Shown one piece after another: positions 1 through 8,999 of a stretch of 32,000 nucleotides of DNA. Each line of letters begins with the position of its first letter. The stretch's first letter is position 1. The notes below the pieces were generated by a model. That model searched no databases, was not told the origin of the DNA, and saw only the letters and a program-made list of their open reading frames with translations. A program made the translations under genes and the position numbers. The stretch lies in the NCBI RefSeq assembly GCF_002310835.1, contig NZ_CP011041.1, positions 150,001-182,000 of the forward strand, written 5' to 3'. This DNA is from Pseudoalteromonas tetraodonis (lineage in GTDB: Bacteria; Pseudomonadota; Gammaproteobacteria; Enterobacterales; Alteromonadaceae).

Positions 1-800
1 GGATTGCGTCTGCGATTATGACTTTATTGGTACTGGTGTTATCTGAAATTATTCCTAAAACGCTGGGGGCTAATTATTGGCGTGCTTTAACGCCTAGTGT
101 GACTTATGGTTTACGTATTTTGGTACTAGTCCTTAAGCCTTTTGTTTGGGCAGCACAAAAGCTAACTAATTTGATGGGTCAAAAGCATAATGAGGCCTAT
201 TATATTCGCCAAGAAATAGAAGCAATGGCCGACATTGGTAGTGAGTCTGGGGCGCTTCATGCTGATGAATCAGAAATCATTCGTAACTTGCTGCACTTTA
301 GGCATGCAAAACTAACCGATTTAATGACACCGCGTACGGTCATTTTTAAAATCCATAAAGATCTTACCGTTAATCAATACTTGAGTGAACACGGTTCGTC
401 GTCATTCTCTCGAGTGCTAATTTATGACAAAGACGCTGACGATATCATAGGCTTTGTACATAAAAACGATATTATGTTGGCATATCATCGGTTAGGCACA
501 GATTACAAAATTAGTAAGTTAGTTAAACCTATCTATACGGTACCGAGTACCCAAAATGTATCGTCGCTATTACAAACATTGCTCACCCAACGTACCCACA
601 TTTGCTTAGTGATTGACGAATACGGTGATGTGCAAGGAATTGTAACGCTCGAGGATATGATAGAAGCGTTAATGGGCTTAGAAATTGTTGATGAGCGAGA
701 TCAATCAACCAATATGCGCGCCGTAGCAAAGCAGCGTTGGCACCAGCGTTTAGCTGATAGTGAGCATATCGTCAGCGCCGACGATAATGAATCTCGTTAG
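1..800 (+). CDS. CNNM/DUF21 + CBS-pair domain membrane protein (hemolysin/CorB-like transporter), 5'-truncated by window edge
   Basis: The frame is open from nt 3, so the Met at 18 is internal. The N-terminal part is hydrophobic (LSEIIPKTLG... typical of the DUF21/CNNM last TM), followed by tandem CBS-like segments (LMTPRTVIFKIH..., ICLVIDEYGDVQGIVTLEDMIEALMG). No CorC_HlyC C-terminal domain is present. Stop TAG at 798-800. Confidence 0.8.
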   Translation, partial: IASAIMTLLVLVLSEIIPKTLGANYWRALTPSVTYGLRILVLVLKPFVWAAQKLTNLMGQKHNEAYYIRQEIEAMADIGSESGALHADESEIIRNLLHFRHAKLTDLMTPRTVIFKIHKDLTVNQYLSEHGSSSFSRVLIYDKDADDIIGFVHKNDIMLAYHRLGTDYKISKLVKPIYTVPSTQNVSSLLQTLLTQRTHICLVIDEYGDVQGIVTLEDMIEALMGLEIVDERDQSTNMRAVAKQRWHQRLADSEHIVSADDNESR

Positions 801-2014
801 CTGTTTTTTGTTTTAGCAGCTGTTTTTATCCAGTGTTGGGCCCACGAGATAAATTCAGCTTTTGCTTTTGGGCAACTAAATAAAAAGCCCTGTATAGCTA
901 AATTTGTTTGATAATGCTTGAGGTAGGCCAGCTCTTCGGGGCGCTCAACCCCTTCGGCCACTAATTCAAGCTGCTCTTGGGTTGTCATATTAATTAGTGA
1001 ACTGACTACCACTTGAGAAAACTTATCGGTTTCTATGTGGCTAATAAAAGAGCGATCTATTTTTACTTCTGTAAATGGCAGCTGTTTCAGTTGGTTAATA
1101 TTAGTAAAACCAGTGCCAAAGTCATCGAGTGAAATACCAAAGCCGAATATTCTTAATCTATTTAAGGTTTCGAGTTGAGTGTAGCTTGAAAGGGCATGCT
1201 GCTCGGTTATTTCAAGCACCACATCACTGGGTAAAACATCATGTTTTTGTAGAAGCTGTAATAACTTATTGGGGCTGTTTAAATCATCTAACTGACACGG
1301 CGATAAGTTAAATGACAATTTCAAATTTGTACCCAGCTGCTCTTTTAGTTGCTTGATGTCACCACAGGCTTTTTCAAATAGCGTAAACGTAATGTCATTG
1401 ATTAAATCGCATTGCTCAGCCAGGCTGATAAAACGGCTTGGTAAAATAACTCGTTCGTCTTTACTTGATACAATGCGAGCCAGCACTTCAACACTTTGTA
1501 TTTGATTGGTGTTTATATTTATTTTAGGTTGATAGTAAGGTGTTATTTCATTATTTTTTAATGCGTTAATTAGTTTTTCTTTAGTGATTGGGCGCTCTTT
1601 TACAAGTGTGTGGCTGTTTAACTGCGCTATTTTGGTAAGTAACGTATTTACCTGATTGAGTTGCACAGGCTTAGATAGGTTGCCAATTAAATGCACATTG
1701 TGCTGTTTAGCGAGGTCAGCGGCTAGGCTGATTATTTTAGGGTCCATTTCAGAAATAATAACAATTGCACCGCAATAGCCTATTTCACCTAAGTTACGGA
1801 TCAGCTCCATGCCATCCATTTCTGGCATATTAAGATCGGTAAATATGGCATCAAAATAGTTTATATCAGCTTTTACTTTTTCAAGTGCTTTAACAGGGTT
1901 TAAACAGGTGGTTGTGGATTGCGACATTTCGAGTTCATTAAAAATAGCTTTCATGACAATCAAAATGGCTTTTGAGTCATCGACAACGAGTATGTTTGGT
2001 AATTTTGTGTGCAT
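797..2014 (-). CDS. Response regulator receiver (REC) + EAL domain c-di-GMP phosphodiesterase (RocR-like architecture)
   Basis: REC motifs: VVDDSK, FTDLNMPEMDG, LSKP. EAL-domain motifs: YYQPK, EVLAR, NLSP, EITE, DDFGTGF, KIDRSF, EGVE, QGFLFS. All catalytic signatures are present. Confidence 0.9.
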   Translation of the reverse strand: MHTKLPNILVVDDSKAILIVMKAIFNELEMSQSTTTCLNPVKALEKVKADINYFDAIFTDLNMPEMDGMELIRNLGEIGYCGAIVIISEMDPKIISLAADLAKQHNVHLIGNLSKPVQLNQVNTLLTKIAQLNSHTLVKERPITKEKLINALKNNEITPYYQPKININTNQIQSVEVLARIVSSKDERVILPSRFISLAEQCDLINDITFTLFEKACGDIKQLKEQLGTNLKLSFNLSPCQLDDLNSPNKLLQLLQKHDVLPSDVVLEITEQHALSSYTQLETLNRLRIFGFGISLDDFGTGFTNINQLKQLPFTEVKIDRSFISHIETDKFSQVVVSSLINMTTQEQLELVAEGVERPEELAYLKHYQTNLAIQGFLFSCPKAKAEFISWAQHWIKTAAKTKNS

Positions 2015-2371
2015 TGTTGTCCTTAACTTAACGGTCGTAATTTATATCCCTCTGTTTTAAAAATAGTCGCTTGAATTGTTTTTGTCAGTATTTATTGCTG
2101 TTTTAAATTTTAAATATCAGCAAAATCCAATCGACAAATTATTCTATCTTGCTCGTGTTTTTTAGGTGAGTAGGTATACTAGCATCATAATTTATAATGG
2201 TTATAATACCAATCCGCAATAATACTTAATCATTTTGAGGGGGCAAGTCAGACGCGAGCTGCGTTAAAAAATTCTCCTTTAGAGCAACTAAATAACGAAG
2301 TTTTTGCCTTGCTATCGGCAGGATTTTTCTGCCTCAAAATAGCGCCCCTAATTAAGCGAACTGATATAACA

Positions 2372-3388
2372 ATGATAAAAATCGATCTGAATCTAGCCGA
2401 ACAACCGTTTACGCTTATGCTAGATAAGCAACAAATTGTAAAAATATTTCATGATCAGCAAGCGATTGCATTTGAAAATCCACGTGAAAACTATGTTGAG
2501 TTTATGCTTGATGAGCAGCTAATTGGTATTGATAGCAGTGACGTTAACCAACAGAGTATTGCGCTATTTGTAGATAATCAGTTTGCCACTCAGCTGGCTT
2601 TACCTGTGGCGGCGCAAGGCGAATCTAAAAAAGGCTTTTTGGGACTTGCGGCGCTAGGCTTTAAGTTATTTAAAAGTGCTAAGGTTGTTAAAGTGGCGCT
2701 AGCGAGCGCATCGGTGGCCGGTTATGCTTGGCTGTTTACCATTGAATTTGCGTTAATGCTGATTGCTTGCCTGGTGGTACATGAATATGGCCACGTACGA
2801 GCTATGAAGTATTTTGGGATAAAAACCAAAGGCATTTATTTAATTCCTTTTGTAGGCGGGTTAGCCGTTAGCGACGATAAAATAACTACGCGCTGGCAAG
2901 ATGTGGTGATCTCACTAATGGGCCCTGCCTTTGGTTTGTTTACCTCAGTGTTAGGCGTGGTGCTTTATTACGCCACAGAAATGGAAATATTTGCAGGCGT
3001 TGCGGTACTTAGTGCACTGCTTAACTTATTTAACTTACTGCCTATTTTACCGCTTGATGGCGGACATGTTTTAAAAAGTATTAGCTTTTCAATGCGTTCA
3101 TGGGTGGGGCTGAGTGTATGTTTATTGGGTGTGTTATTTGGCTTATGGCTTAGCTATACGTTTGGCTTAATGTTGCTGGTGTTCTTTTTGTTTGTTGGCG
3201 CACTGGAAATTGTATTTGAATGGCGCGGCCGTCATTACTCGCATTTATTGCCGCTTGATAAATATGGCCAAGGCTTTTCAGCGGTCATGTATGCGCTGGT
3301 GGTTGCTGGCCATGTAGCAGTGATGATGCACTTTGCTGACTCTGAAAACGCGATATTAAGCTTGCCAATGAAGATTTTATCGAGCTAA
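2372..3388 (+). CDS. Peptidase M50 (site-2 protease family) integral membrane metalloprotease with about 110-aa soluble N-terminal region
   Basis: HEYGH zinc motif inside a TM segment, second S2P motif NLLPILPLDGGH, and multiple TM helices. I prefer ATG 2372 over the TTG at 2309 used in the ORF track. Neither has a good SD, so the start is uncertain. Confidence 0.8.
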   Translation: MIKIDLNLAEQPFTLMLDKQQIVKIFHDQQAIAFENPRENYVEFMLDEQLIGIDSSDVNQQSIALFVDNQFATQLALPVAAQGESKKGFLGLAALGFKLFKSAKVVKVALASASVAGYAWLFTIEFALMLIACLVVHEYGHVRAMKYFGIKTKGIYLIPFVGGLAVSDDKITTRWQDVVISLMGPAFGLFTSVLGVVLYYATEMEIFAGVAVLSALLNLFNLLPILPLDGGHVLKSISFSMRSWVGLSVCLLGVLFGLWLSYTFGLMLLVFFLFVGALEIVFEWRGRHYSHLLPLDKYGQGFSAVMYALVVAGHVAVMMHFADSENAILSLPMKILSS

Positions 3389-3396
3389 ATAAGTGC

Positions 3397-3420
3397 GGGC
3401 TGTAATATGAGTTACAGCCC
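3397..3420. terminator. Hairpin between convergent genes (GGGCTGTAA-TATGAG-TTACAGCCC)
   Basis: Perfect 9-bp stem with a 6-nt loop, located between the M50 stop (3388) and the atoE-like stop (3428). Flanks are A/T-rich but there is no long T-tract. Confidence 0.55.
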
Positions 3421-3427
3421 GATTATA

Positions 3428-4738
3428 TTAGTAAAAGCTTAATACCAACGAAATAAACACCCCAGTAATAATCAGCTGTACCACGCAAAAGCCCATAATG
3501 TCTTTAGCTTTTAATCCTGCAATGGCTAATACCGGTAATGCCCAAAAGGGTTGAATTAAATTAGTCCACGCATCTCCCCACGCCACAGCCATAGCAACCC
3601 GCGCCATATCTGCACCAAGCTCTTGTGCTGCCGGGATAACAATTGGCGCTTGTACCGCCCATTGTCCGCCACCTGAGGGTACAAACATATTAACGAGTCC
3701 TGCACTAATAAAGCTGTAAAATGGCAAGCTATCGGCATCCGCTATGGCAATAAAGCCCTGTGATATTTGTTGCGCCAGTCCAGTATCTACCATGACCGCC
3801 ATAATGCCAGCATAAAAAGGGAACTGAATTACAATTCCTGCGCCACTTGGAATCGCTTGTTGTAGGCTATTTAGTAAATTGTGGGGGGTCTGATGTAGTG
3901 TGATAGCTAAAAATAAGAAAAGCGCTATCACACTGTTGAGATTTAAGCCGCCACCTGCGATAAAAAAGTAATAGCCTAAGTAGGCAAGTCCGAGTAAGCC
4001 AATGCCCATACCTAGCAGTTTGCTTTGCTCTAAATGTTGAGCAGGGCGTGTTATTGCGACTTTATCAGTTAGGGTATTTTCAAGCAGTGAAGGATCAATA
4101 TAAACACTGTCTTTTTCATTCGGTAGCATATAGCGGTTAACCAGTGGCATAATGATAAATAAGCCAATCAGAATCGCAATATTAAAGCCTGCGAATAAGG
4201 TTTGCTGTGTGCCAATAATACCCATAGTCGCCTGTGAAAAATGCCCTTCGGTGGCAATGGTGAGTGGTACGGATCCCGCTAAACCGCCGTGCCATACTAC
4301 AAAACCTGAGTAAGCACTTGCCACTAATAGCCGATAATCCACTCGAGTCTGTTTAGCAATGGCTTTAGCAAATAAAGCCCCAATCACTAAGCCAAACCCC
4401 CAATTTAGCCAGCTTGCTAAAAGCGAAATAAATGTCACTAAAATAATGGCTTTTGGGGCCGTATTAGCAAGCGTTGCTAATTTTGTTAGTAACATACTTA
4501 TTAACGAGGTACTGGCAAGCATGTAGCCTGTTACTAATACCAATAGCATTTGCATGGCAAAGCTCAGTAAGTTCCAAAACCCGCTACCCCATGATGTTAT
4601 TACCTCAAGTGTGGTTGCAGGGGTCGCTAAATTCGCAATGACTAAAGTAATAATGGTGAGCAAAATAACAAATATAAATGGGTCGGGTAAGTAGCGCTCG
4701 ACGAGCTTGGTAAATGGACTGGCAACTTTATTAAGCAT
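3428..4738 (-). CDS. atoE: Short-chain fatty acid transporter, AtoE family
   Basis: Full-length collinear similarity to my recollection of E. coli AtoE: LPDPFIF, WGxGFWNLL, VQFPFYAGI, VPSGGGxW, IPAAQxLGAD, QPFWALPxLAIAGL. Polytopic membrane protein. Confidence 0.85.
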   Translation of the reverse strand: MLNKVASPFTKLVERYLPDPFIFVILLTIITLVIANLATPATTLEVITSWGSGFWNLLSFAMQMLLVLVTGYMLASTSLISMLLTKLATLANTAPKAIILVTFISLLASWLNWGFGLVIGALFAKAIAKQTRVDYRLLVASAYSGFVVWHGGLAGSVPLTIATEGHFSQATMGIIGTQQTLFAGFNIAILIGLFIIMPLVNRYMLPNEKDSVYIDPSLLENTLTDKVAITRPAQHLEQSKLLGMGIGLLGLAYLGYYFFIAGGGLNLNSVIALFLFLAITLHQTPHNLLNSLQQAIPSGAGIVIQFPFYAGIMAVMVDTGLAQQISQGFIAIADADSLPFYSFISAGLVNMFVPSGGGQWAVQAPIVIPAAQELGADMARVAMAVAWGDAWTNLIQPFWALPVLAIAGLKAKDIMGFCVVQLIITGVFISLVLSFY

Positions 4739-4908
4739 AATTAATAACGAGTTAGTGAAAACTTATTTGTTAATTAATCATGAAATCTTAGGATTAGCAA
4801 ACACCGCTTTGAATAAACGCTCAGTAAAGCAGACTTTTTAAAGGTTGTTGATGAGGGAATGTCGCTAGCAAATACTTACCTTGGTCGGTATTTGCTAGTT
4901 ATGCTCAA

Positions 4909-5856
4909 TTAAGAATCACCAAGCACTTGCTTTAAGCGATTTTGTACTTCTTGAACGAGTAAGTCGGGCTGAAATTTTGATAAAAATGCATTACAGCCTA
5001 CTTTTTCCACCATGGCTTGGTTGAAGCTACCACTCAGGGACGTGTTAAGCACCACATGTAAGTTTTTTAAGCGATTGTCGTTACGTATTTCATAGGTTAA
5101 GCGATAGCCATCCATCGAAGGCATTTCGGCATCGGTAATCACCATTAGCAGCTCTTTTTCAACATCGCGTCCTTCATCAGCCCAGCTTTTGAGCATTTGT
5201 AGGGCTTCTAGACCGTTACTGGCAGGAATAATTTCGATACCAAGCTGCGATAACGTATCGCTAACTTGTTTACGTGCTGTTGGCGAATCATCGGCGTGCA
5301 ATATTTTGCGTCCTGCAAATTCGTTTACGATGGTTTCATCCAACACCCCATCAGTAATATTGACCTCGTACTCAACTATTTCAGCGAGTACTTTTTCTAC
5401 ATCAATAATTTCAACTAATTGCTCTTGGCCATCACGCTGTACTTTAGTTAGTGCCGTAATATAATGATTTTTACCCACAGAGCTGGGGGGCGGCATAATG
5501 TCAGACCAGGTCATATTCATGATTTGATCAACCTTGCCAATTAAAAAACCTTGTGTGGTGCGGTTATATTCAGTTATGACCAGATTACAATCTTCACCAT
5601 ATTCTTTTTTAGCCATAGAAATGGCTTGGCGAAGGTCAATCACTGGGATAGATTCACCGCGTATATTGGCTACACCGGTTACCTTAGGGTGAGAGTGCGG
5701 TATTTTGCTTAAACGGGGAAGCTTTACCACTTCTTTTATTTTAAATACATTGAGTGCAAATAAATGGCGGCTATGCAAATAAAAAAGTAGCAACTCTAAA
5801 CGATTTTCGCCTACAAGCTGAGTACGCTGATCAACTGACGCTAAAACACCTGACAT
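4909..5856 (-). CDS. cheV: Chemotaxis protein CheV (CheW-like domain + REC domain)
   Basis: N-terminus MSGVLASVDQRTQLVGENRLELLLF plus a CheW-like fold. C-terminal REC with ADDSPTARK, ITDAEMPSMDG and a terminal LSKF. Confidence 0.88.
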   Translation of the reverse strand: MSGVLASVDQRTQLVGENRLELLLFYLHSRHLFALNVFKIKEVVKLPRLSKIPHSHPKVTGVANIRGESIPVIDLRQAISMAKKEYGEDCNLVITEYNRTTQGFLIGKVDQIMNMTWSDIMPPPSSVGKNHYITALTKVQRDGQEQLVEIIDVEKVLAEIVEYEVNITDGVLDETIVNEFAGRKILHADDSPTARKQVSDTLSQLGIEIIPASNGLEALQMLKSWADEGRDVEKELLMVITDAEMPSMDGYRLTYEIRNDNRLKNLHVVLNTSLSGSFNQAMVEKVGCNAFLSKFQPDLLVQEVQNRLKQVLGDS

Positions 5857-6022
5857 AATAGACCCATATTTTTCCTCATAACTTTATAACTATAGTTTAC
5901 TCTTATTTTTCTTCATAACGAACCGTGAATATTTCGATTACAGTAAAACGTTGCTTAAGTGTTATCATGTGCAGTATCGTGTTACTAAATGATTTAAATA
6001 ATCAATCGATTAACAAAAAATT

Positions 6023-7090
6023 ATGCATCATATTTTTAAACGTATTGTTGTGCTGTTGCGCAGCCATATTGATCAGGTAAGTTGGCAGTCTGTTGTAATA
6101 GCAACATCCTTACATATGCTGCTTACTTGGTGCTTATTGTTAGTGGCAAATGAGCAGGCACTGCTTTCACCGGGTACTTTTTTTTACTACTACACGGTAA
6201 CCACTTCAACGGTAGGGTATGGGGATTTAAGTCCATCAACTGACTTAGGTCGTTGGATTGTCGCATTAATACAAATACCTTTTGGTTTGGCTTTATTTGG
6301 TGTCTTGTTGGGTAAAACAGGACAAACAGTAACTTACTTAATTAGGCGCGCTATGACTGGTGATAAAAACTTTGCTCACAGTAGCAATCATATTATTATT
6401 TTTGGTTGGCATAATGCTCGTACCAAAAAAATGATCGACTACATTTTGGCTGATACTAAGCGGACAGATCGCCGTATTTTATTAGCGGTTACTGAACAAA
6501 TAGAGCATCCGTTTTTAAGTAATGAGAATGTTGATTTTGCTCGCCTAACCAGTTTCACCGATTTGGATGAATTAGAACGCGTTGCCATTCGCCACGCCGA
6601 TAAAGTGATTATTGATGGCCAAGATGACGACCAAACATTTACCACCGCACTGCGTATTAGTCGTTTAGTCAAAGAAGATTGTCACATAAGTGCACACTTC
6701 TTTGATGAAACGAAAGTGGAAATGTTATTAGAGCATTGCCACAACGTAGAGTGTAGCAGTACTAAATCGGCAGAGATTTTAGTGCGCTCAATGCAAGATC
6801 CAGGCTCAAGTCGTGTACAAGAGGAACTATTATCAACCTTGCATGGTGATACGCAGTTTAGTTTACAAATCCCTAGTAATGTAAAAACCATGGAGTTTGG
6901 CAAATTATTTCATCACTTTAAGTACGATCATGATGCAATATTGTTAGGTGTGGCTCATAATTTAAGTGCAAAAAATATGGATTTAAATCCGCCTTTAGAT
7001 TATGCAGTAAACGCCGGAGATATTTTGCATTACATTGCGCAAGAGCGAGTATTGAGTAATGAAGTTGACTGGCCTAGCTTGGAAAAATAA
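6023..7090 (+). CDS. 2-TM potassium channel with C-terminal RCK/TrkA-like domain
   Basis: Selectivity filter TSTVGYGD lies between two TM helices. The cytoplasmic part has a Rossmann-like beta-strand, IIIFGWHNARTKK, where the usual GxGxxG is degenerate. No obvious SD precedes ATG 6023. Confidence 0.8.
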   Translation: MHHIFKRIVVLLRSHIDQVSWQSVVIATSLHMLLTWCLLLVANEQALLSPGTFFYYYTVTTSTVGYGDLSPSTDLGRWIVALIQIPFGLALFGVLLGKTGQTVTYLIRRAMTGDKNFAHSSNHIIIFGWHNARTKKMIDYILADTKRTDRRILLAVTEQIEHPFLSNENVDFARLTSFTDLDELERVAIRHADKVIIDGQDDDQTFTTALRISRLVKEDCHISAHFFDETKVEMLLEHCHNVECSSTKSAEILVRSMQDPGSSRVQEELLSTLHGDTQFSLQIPSNVKTMEFGKLFHHFKYDHDAILLGVAHNLSAKNMDLNPPLDYAVNAGDILHYIAQERVLSNEVDWPSLEK

Positions 7091-7281
7091 TGACTGAAAT
7101 TGCGTTTTTAATTATCGTTTTATGTGCTTACATTTTCCCTATTATGATAATTCTTAACAGTAAGCGTAGCCAAGGCCATGAAAAAAATGGCTGGCTAGTA
7201 GGCGCTATCTTCTTTTCGTGGATAGCGCTGATTCTTTACTTTTCGATTGTGCCCAAGCAAGGGCACGCCAAGAAAAAGTAA
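7090..7281 (+). CDS. Small (63 aa) two-TM membrane protein, PLDc_N-like, translationally coupled to the K+ channel gene
   Basis: The ATG overlaps the channel stop (TAATG at 7088-7092). Two hydrophobic helices, a GW...YF motif reminiscent of PLD-nuclease N-terminal (PLDc_N) mini-proteins, and a basic tail. Confidence 0.55.
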   Translation: MTEIAFLIIVLCAYIFPIMIILNSKRSQGHEKNGWLVGAIFFSWIALILYFSIVPKQGHAKKK

Positions 7282-7302
7282 AGAATGAGTACCTTTTGTT
7301 AC

Positions 7303-8334
7303 TTATTCTAATTGTCTCAGCTTATGCTCAACCAGCGGGTCGTCTGGCGCTAGCTGTTGAGCCACTTCTAATAGTTTAATGGCATCATTTGGATTTTCAT
7401 CTTGATGCTTAATGGCTACGTCTATTAAAGGTTGAATATCAATTTTTTCTTGGTGCTCTTGCACGTGCGCTGCTTTTTCGTCGATTAAAATAGTGTGAGC
7501 GGTACTTAATAACGCTTGACGATGCGGCGAATTAGCATTGGCTTTATTAAGTTTTTTATAATAATCCTCTTTTAAACGCAGTGTTTTTGTTTGTAGCCTA
7601 AATTGTGCAATGTCGATTTGTTGATTAGCAATAAAATCAACAGCCACTTGTTTATAAAACCCAAACTTATTTAAATAAGTGGCATGGGTGCCGTGCCCCA
7701 TCCCAAACACGCGTAAGTGAGTGAGCTGCTGGTAGCGTTTAGCGTGTTGGCGGTCAATGCGGTTGGTTGGGTCGTAAATAATGTAGCCCTGTGCATCCCC
7801 TAAGTCCAAATCATGGTAGTCACCTTGCCAGTCATATTGCTGGGCAATGTCGGTACTTGAGCGGTCATCCCAAGGGGCGATAAGTTTGTTTTTAGTGCTA
7901 ACAGGATGGAAAAGCAGTACTTTGTCGAGTTTGAGTAATTTAGCAAATGCACCCACAGCAAAGCCGCCACGACTAAGTCCATAGCCTAGCTTGGTTTCAA
8001 AAGGAGAGAGTAGGGTTGATAGTTGCTCAATAAAAAAGATTAAATTGCGGTTACGAAACCAATTACTTTTACCCAAATGCTGAAACGCAATAATATTAAC
8101 GTTTTGCTTTTGTGCTAAATGATAGCCCCAAGGTGCAAAGTCTTCGTTCAAATCACGCTCTTGTACATCAGTACCGGCAGGTGAAAAAGTAAAAAGCAGG
8201 GGTTTTTTGAGATCAACAAAGTGATATTTTACATACACATCACCGAGTAAATCCCCACCAGAGGTAGGTAGTTTTGCTTGCTTCTCATTATCGCTGAGAG
8301 TTAACCATTCATCTAACCAGTATAGTAATTTCAT
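7303..8334 (-). CDS. Hypothetical alpha/beta-hydrolase-like protein with helical C-terminal tail
   Basis: Nucleophile-elbow-like GLSRGG, and later candidate Asp (YDPTNRID) and His (GMGHGTH). Start set at ATG 8334, preceded by GGAGGAAAAATG. The ORF-track extension to 8400 has no SD. Confidence 0.6.
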   Translation of the reverse strand: MKLLYWLDEWLTLSDNEKQAKLPTSGGDLLGDVYVKYHFVDLKKPLLFTFSPAGTDVQERDLNEDFAPWGYHLAQKQNVNIIAFQHLGKSNWFRNRNLIFFIEQLSTLLSPFETKLGYGLSRGGFAVGAFAKLLKLDKVLLFHPVSTKNKLIAPWDDRSSTDIAQQYDWQGDYHDLDLGDAQGYIIYDPTNRIDRQHAKRYQQLTHLRVFGMGHGTHATYLNKFGFYKQVAVDFIANQQIDIAQFRLQTKTLRLKEDYYKKLNKANANSPHRQALLSTAHTILIDEKAAHVQEHQEKIDIQPLIDVAIKHQDENPNDAIKLLEVAQQLAPDDPLVEHKLRQLE

Positions 8335-8460
8335 TTTTCCTCCAGTGCGCACAAGCCGCAGATCATAGCAAATCTGAGGGCATAAGAGAAATTGAGCCAA
8401 GCTATGCTGCGCTGGTGGAGTGCCTTTTTAATGGCAAAATGTATGTTACCTTTGCGACTA

Positions 8461-8916
8461 TTAAGCCATGTTCAAAATTTCATTCCAGTCATTTTCGGTC
8501 ACTGGCATGACCGATAAACGTCCCCCTTTTTTAAGTGCAATGTCTGTCACTGACTCATTTGCCTTAATTGCTTGCAAGCTCACTATGCTACTGAGATGAG
8601 AATGGTAGGTTACTTCCACCACAAACCAACGGGGGGTCTCAACGGTTGCTTTGGCATCATAATAATCGCTACTTAAATCAAACTGAGTCGGATCAGGGTA
8701 AGCGGCTTTAGTGACAATTCCTATTCCCGCAACGCCAACCTGTTTACAGCTAGAATGATAAATCATCACTAAATCACCTTGTTTAACATCATCGCGGATA
8801 AAGTTACGCGCTTGGTAGTTTCGTACGCCTTCCCATAACGTGGTTTGTTCAGGTGCATACTTTAAGTCATCAATTGAAAAGGCGTCGGGTTCGGTTTTAA
8901 ATAGCCAAAAAGCCAT
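8461..8916 (-). CDS. EVE (PUA-like) domain protein
   Basis: MAFWLFKTEPDAFSIDDL...WEGVRNYQARNF...GDLVMIYHS... is the typical EVE/Thy28-like pattern. Start set at ATG 8916 with GAGGAAAAC upstream. The GTG at 8931 was rejected. Confidence 0.8.
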   Translation of the reverse strand: MAFWLFKTEPDAFSIDDLKYAPEQTTLWEGVRNYQARNFIRDDVKQGDLVMIYHSSCKQVGVAGIGIVTKAAYPDPTQFDLSSDYYDAKATVETPRWFVVEVTYHSHLSSIVSLQAIKANESVTDIALKKGGRLSVMPVTENDWNEILNMA

Positions 8917-8999
8917 ATTAGTTTTCCTCACTCAGTGTGTTGGTATTTTTCCAGTATTGTATAGTATCATTTAGAAATTAGGGGATTGAGGAAGAAATA

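Noticed and set aside
2231-2349. A long-range inverted repeat, ATTTTGAGG (2232-2240) / CCTCAAAAT (2332-2340). It encloses small hairpins such as GGCAG-GATTTTT-CTGCC upstream of the M50 protease, and might be a riboswitch or sRNA.
   Set aside because: It does not match any riboswitch consensus I can recall (for example c-di-GMP-I). The stems are short and AU-rich, and there are alternative mutually exclusive pairings. Without covariation data this is not distinguishable from chance.
4864-4898. An 11-bp perfect hairpin, GCTAGCAAATAC...GTATTTGCTAG, just downstream of the cheV stop.
   Set aside because: It is probably a transcript-end or stability hairpin. It has no T-run on the cheV (minus) strand and only a weak one on plus, so I did not call it a terminator or a repeat element. 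No second copy is present in the window.
5843-5880. A possible upstream mini-ORF on the minus strand (ATGAGGAAAAATATGGGTCTATTATGTCAGGTGTTTTAG; MRKNMGLLCQVF). It has a good GAGGA before its second ATG and overlaps the cheV start out of frame.
   Set aside because: It is very short and could arise by chance in an AT-rich leader. I cannot test conservation here. Noted only because the cheV ATG itself lacks a nearby SD.
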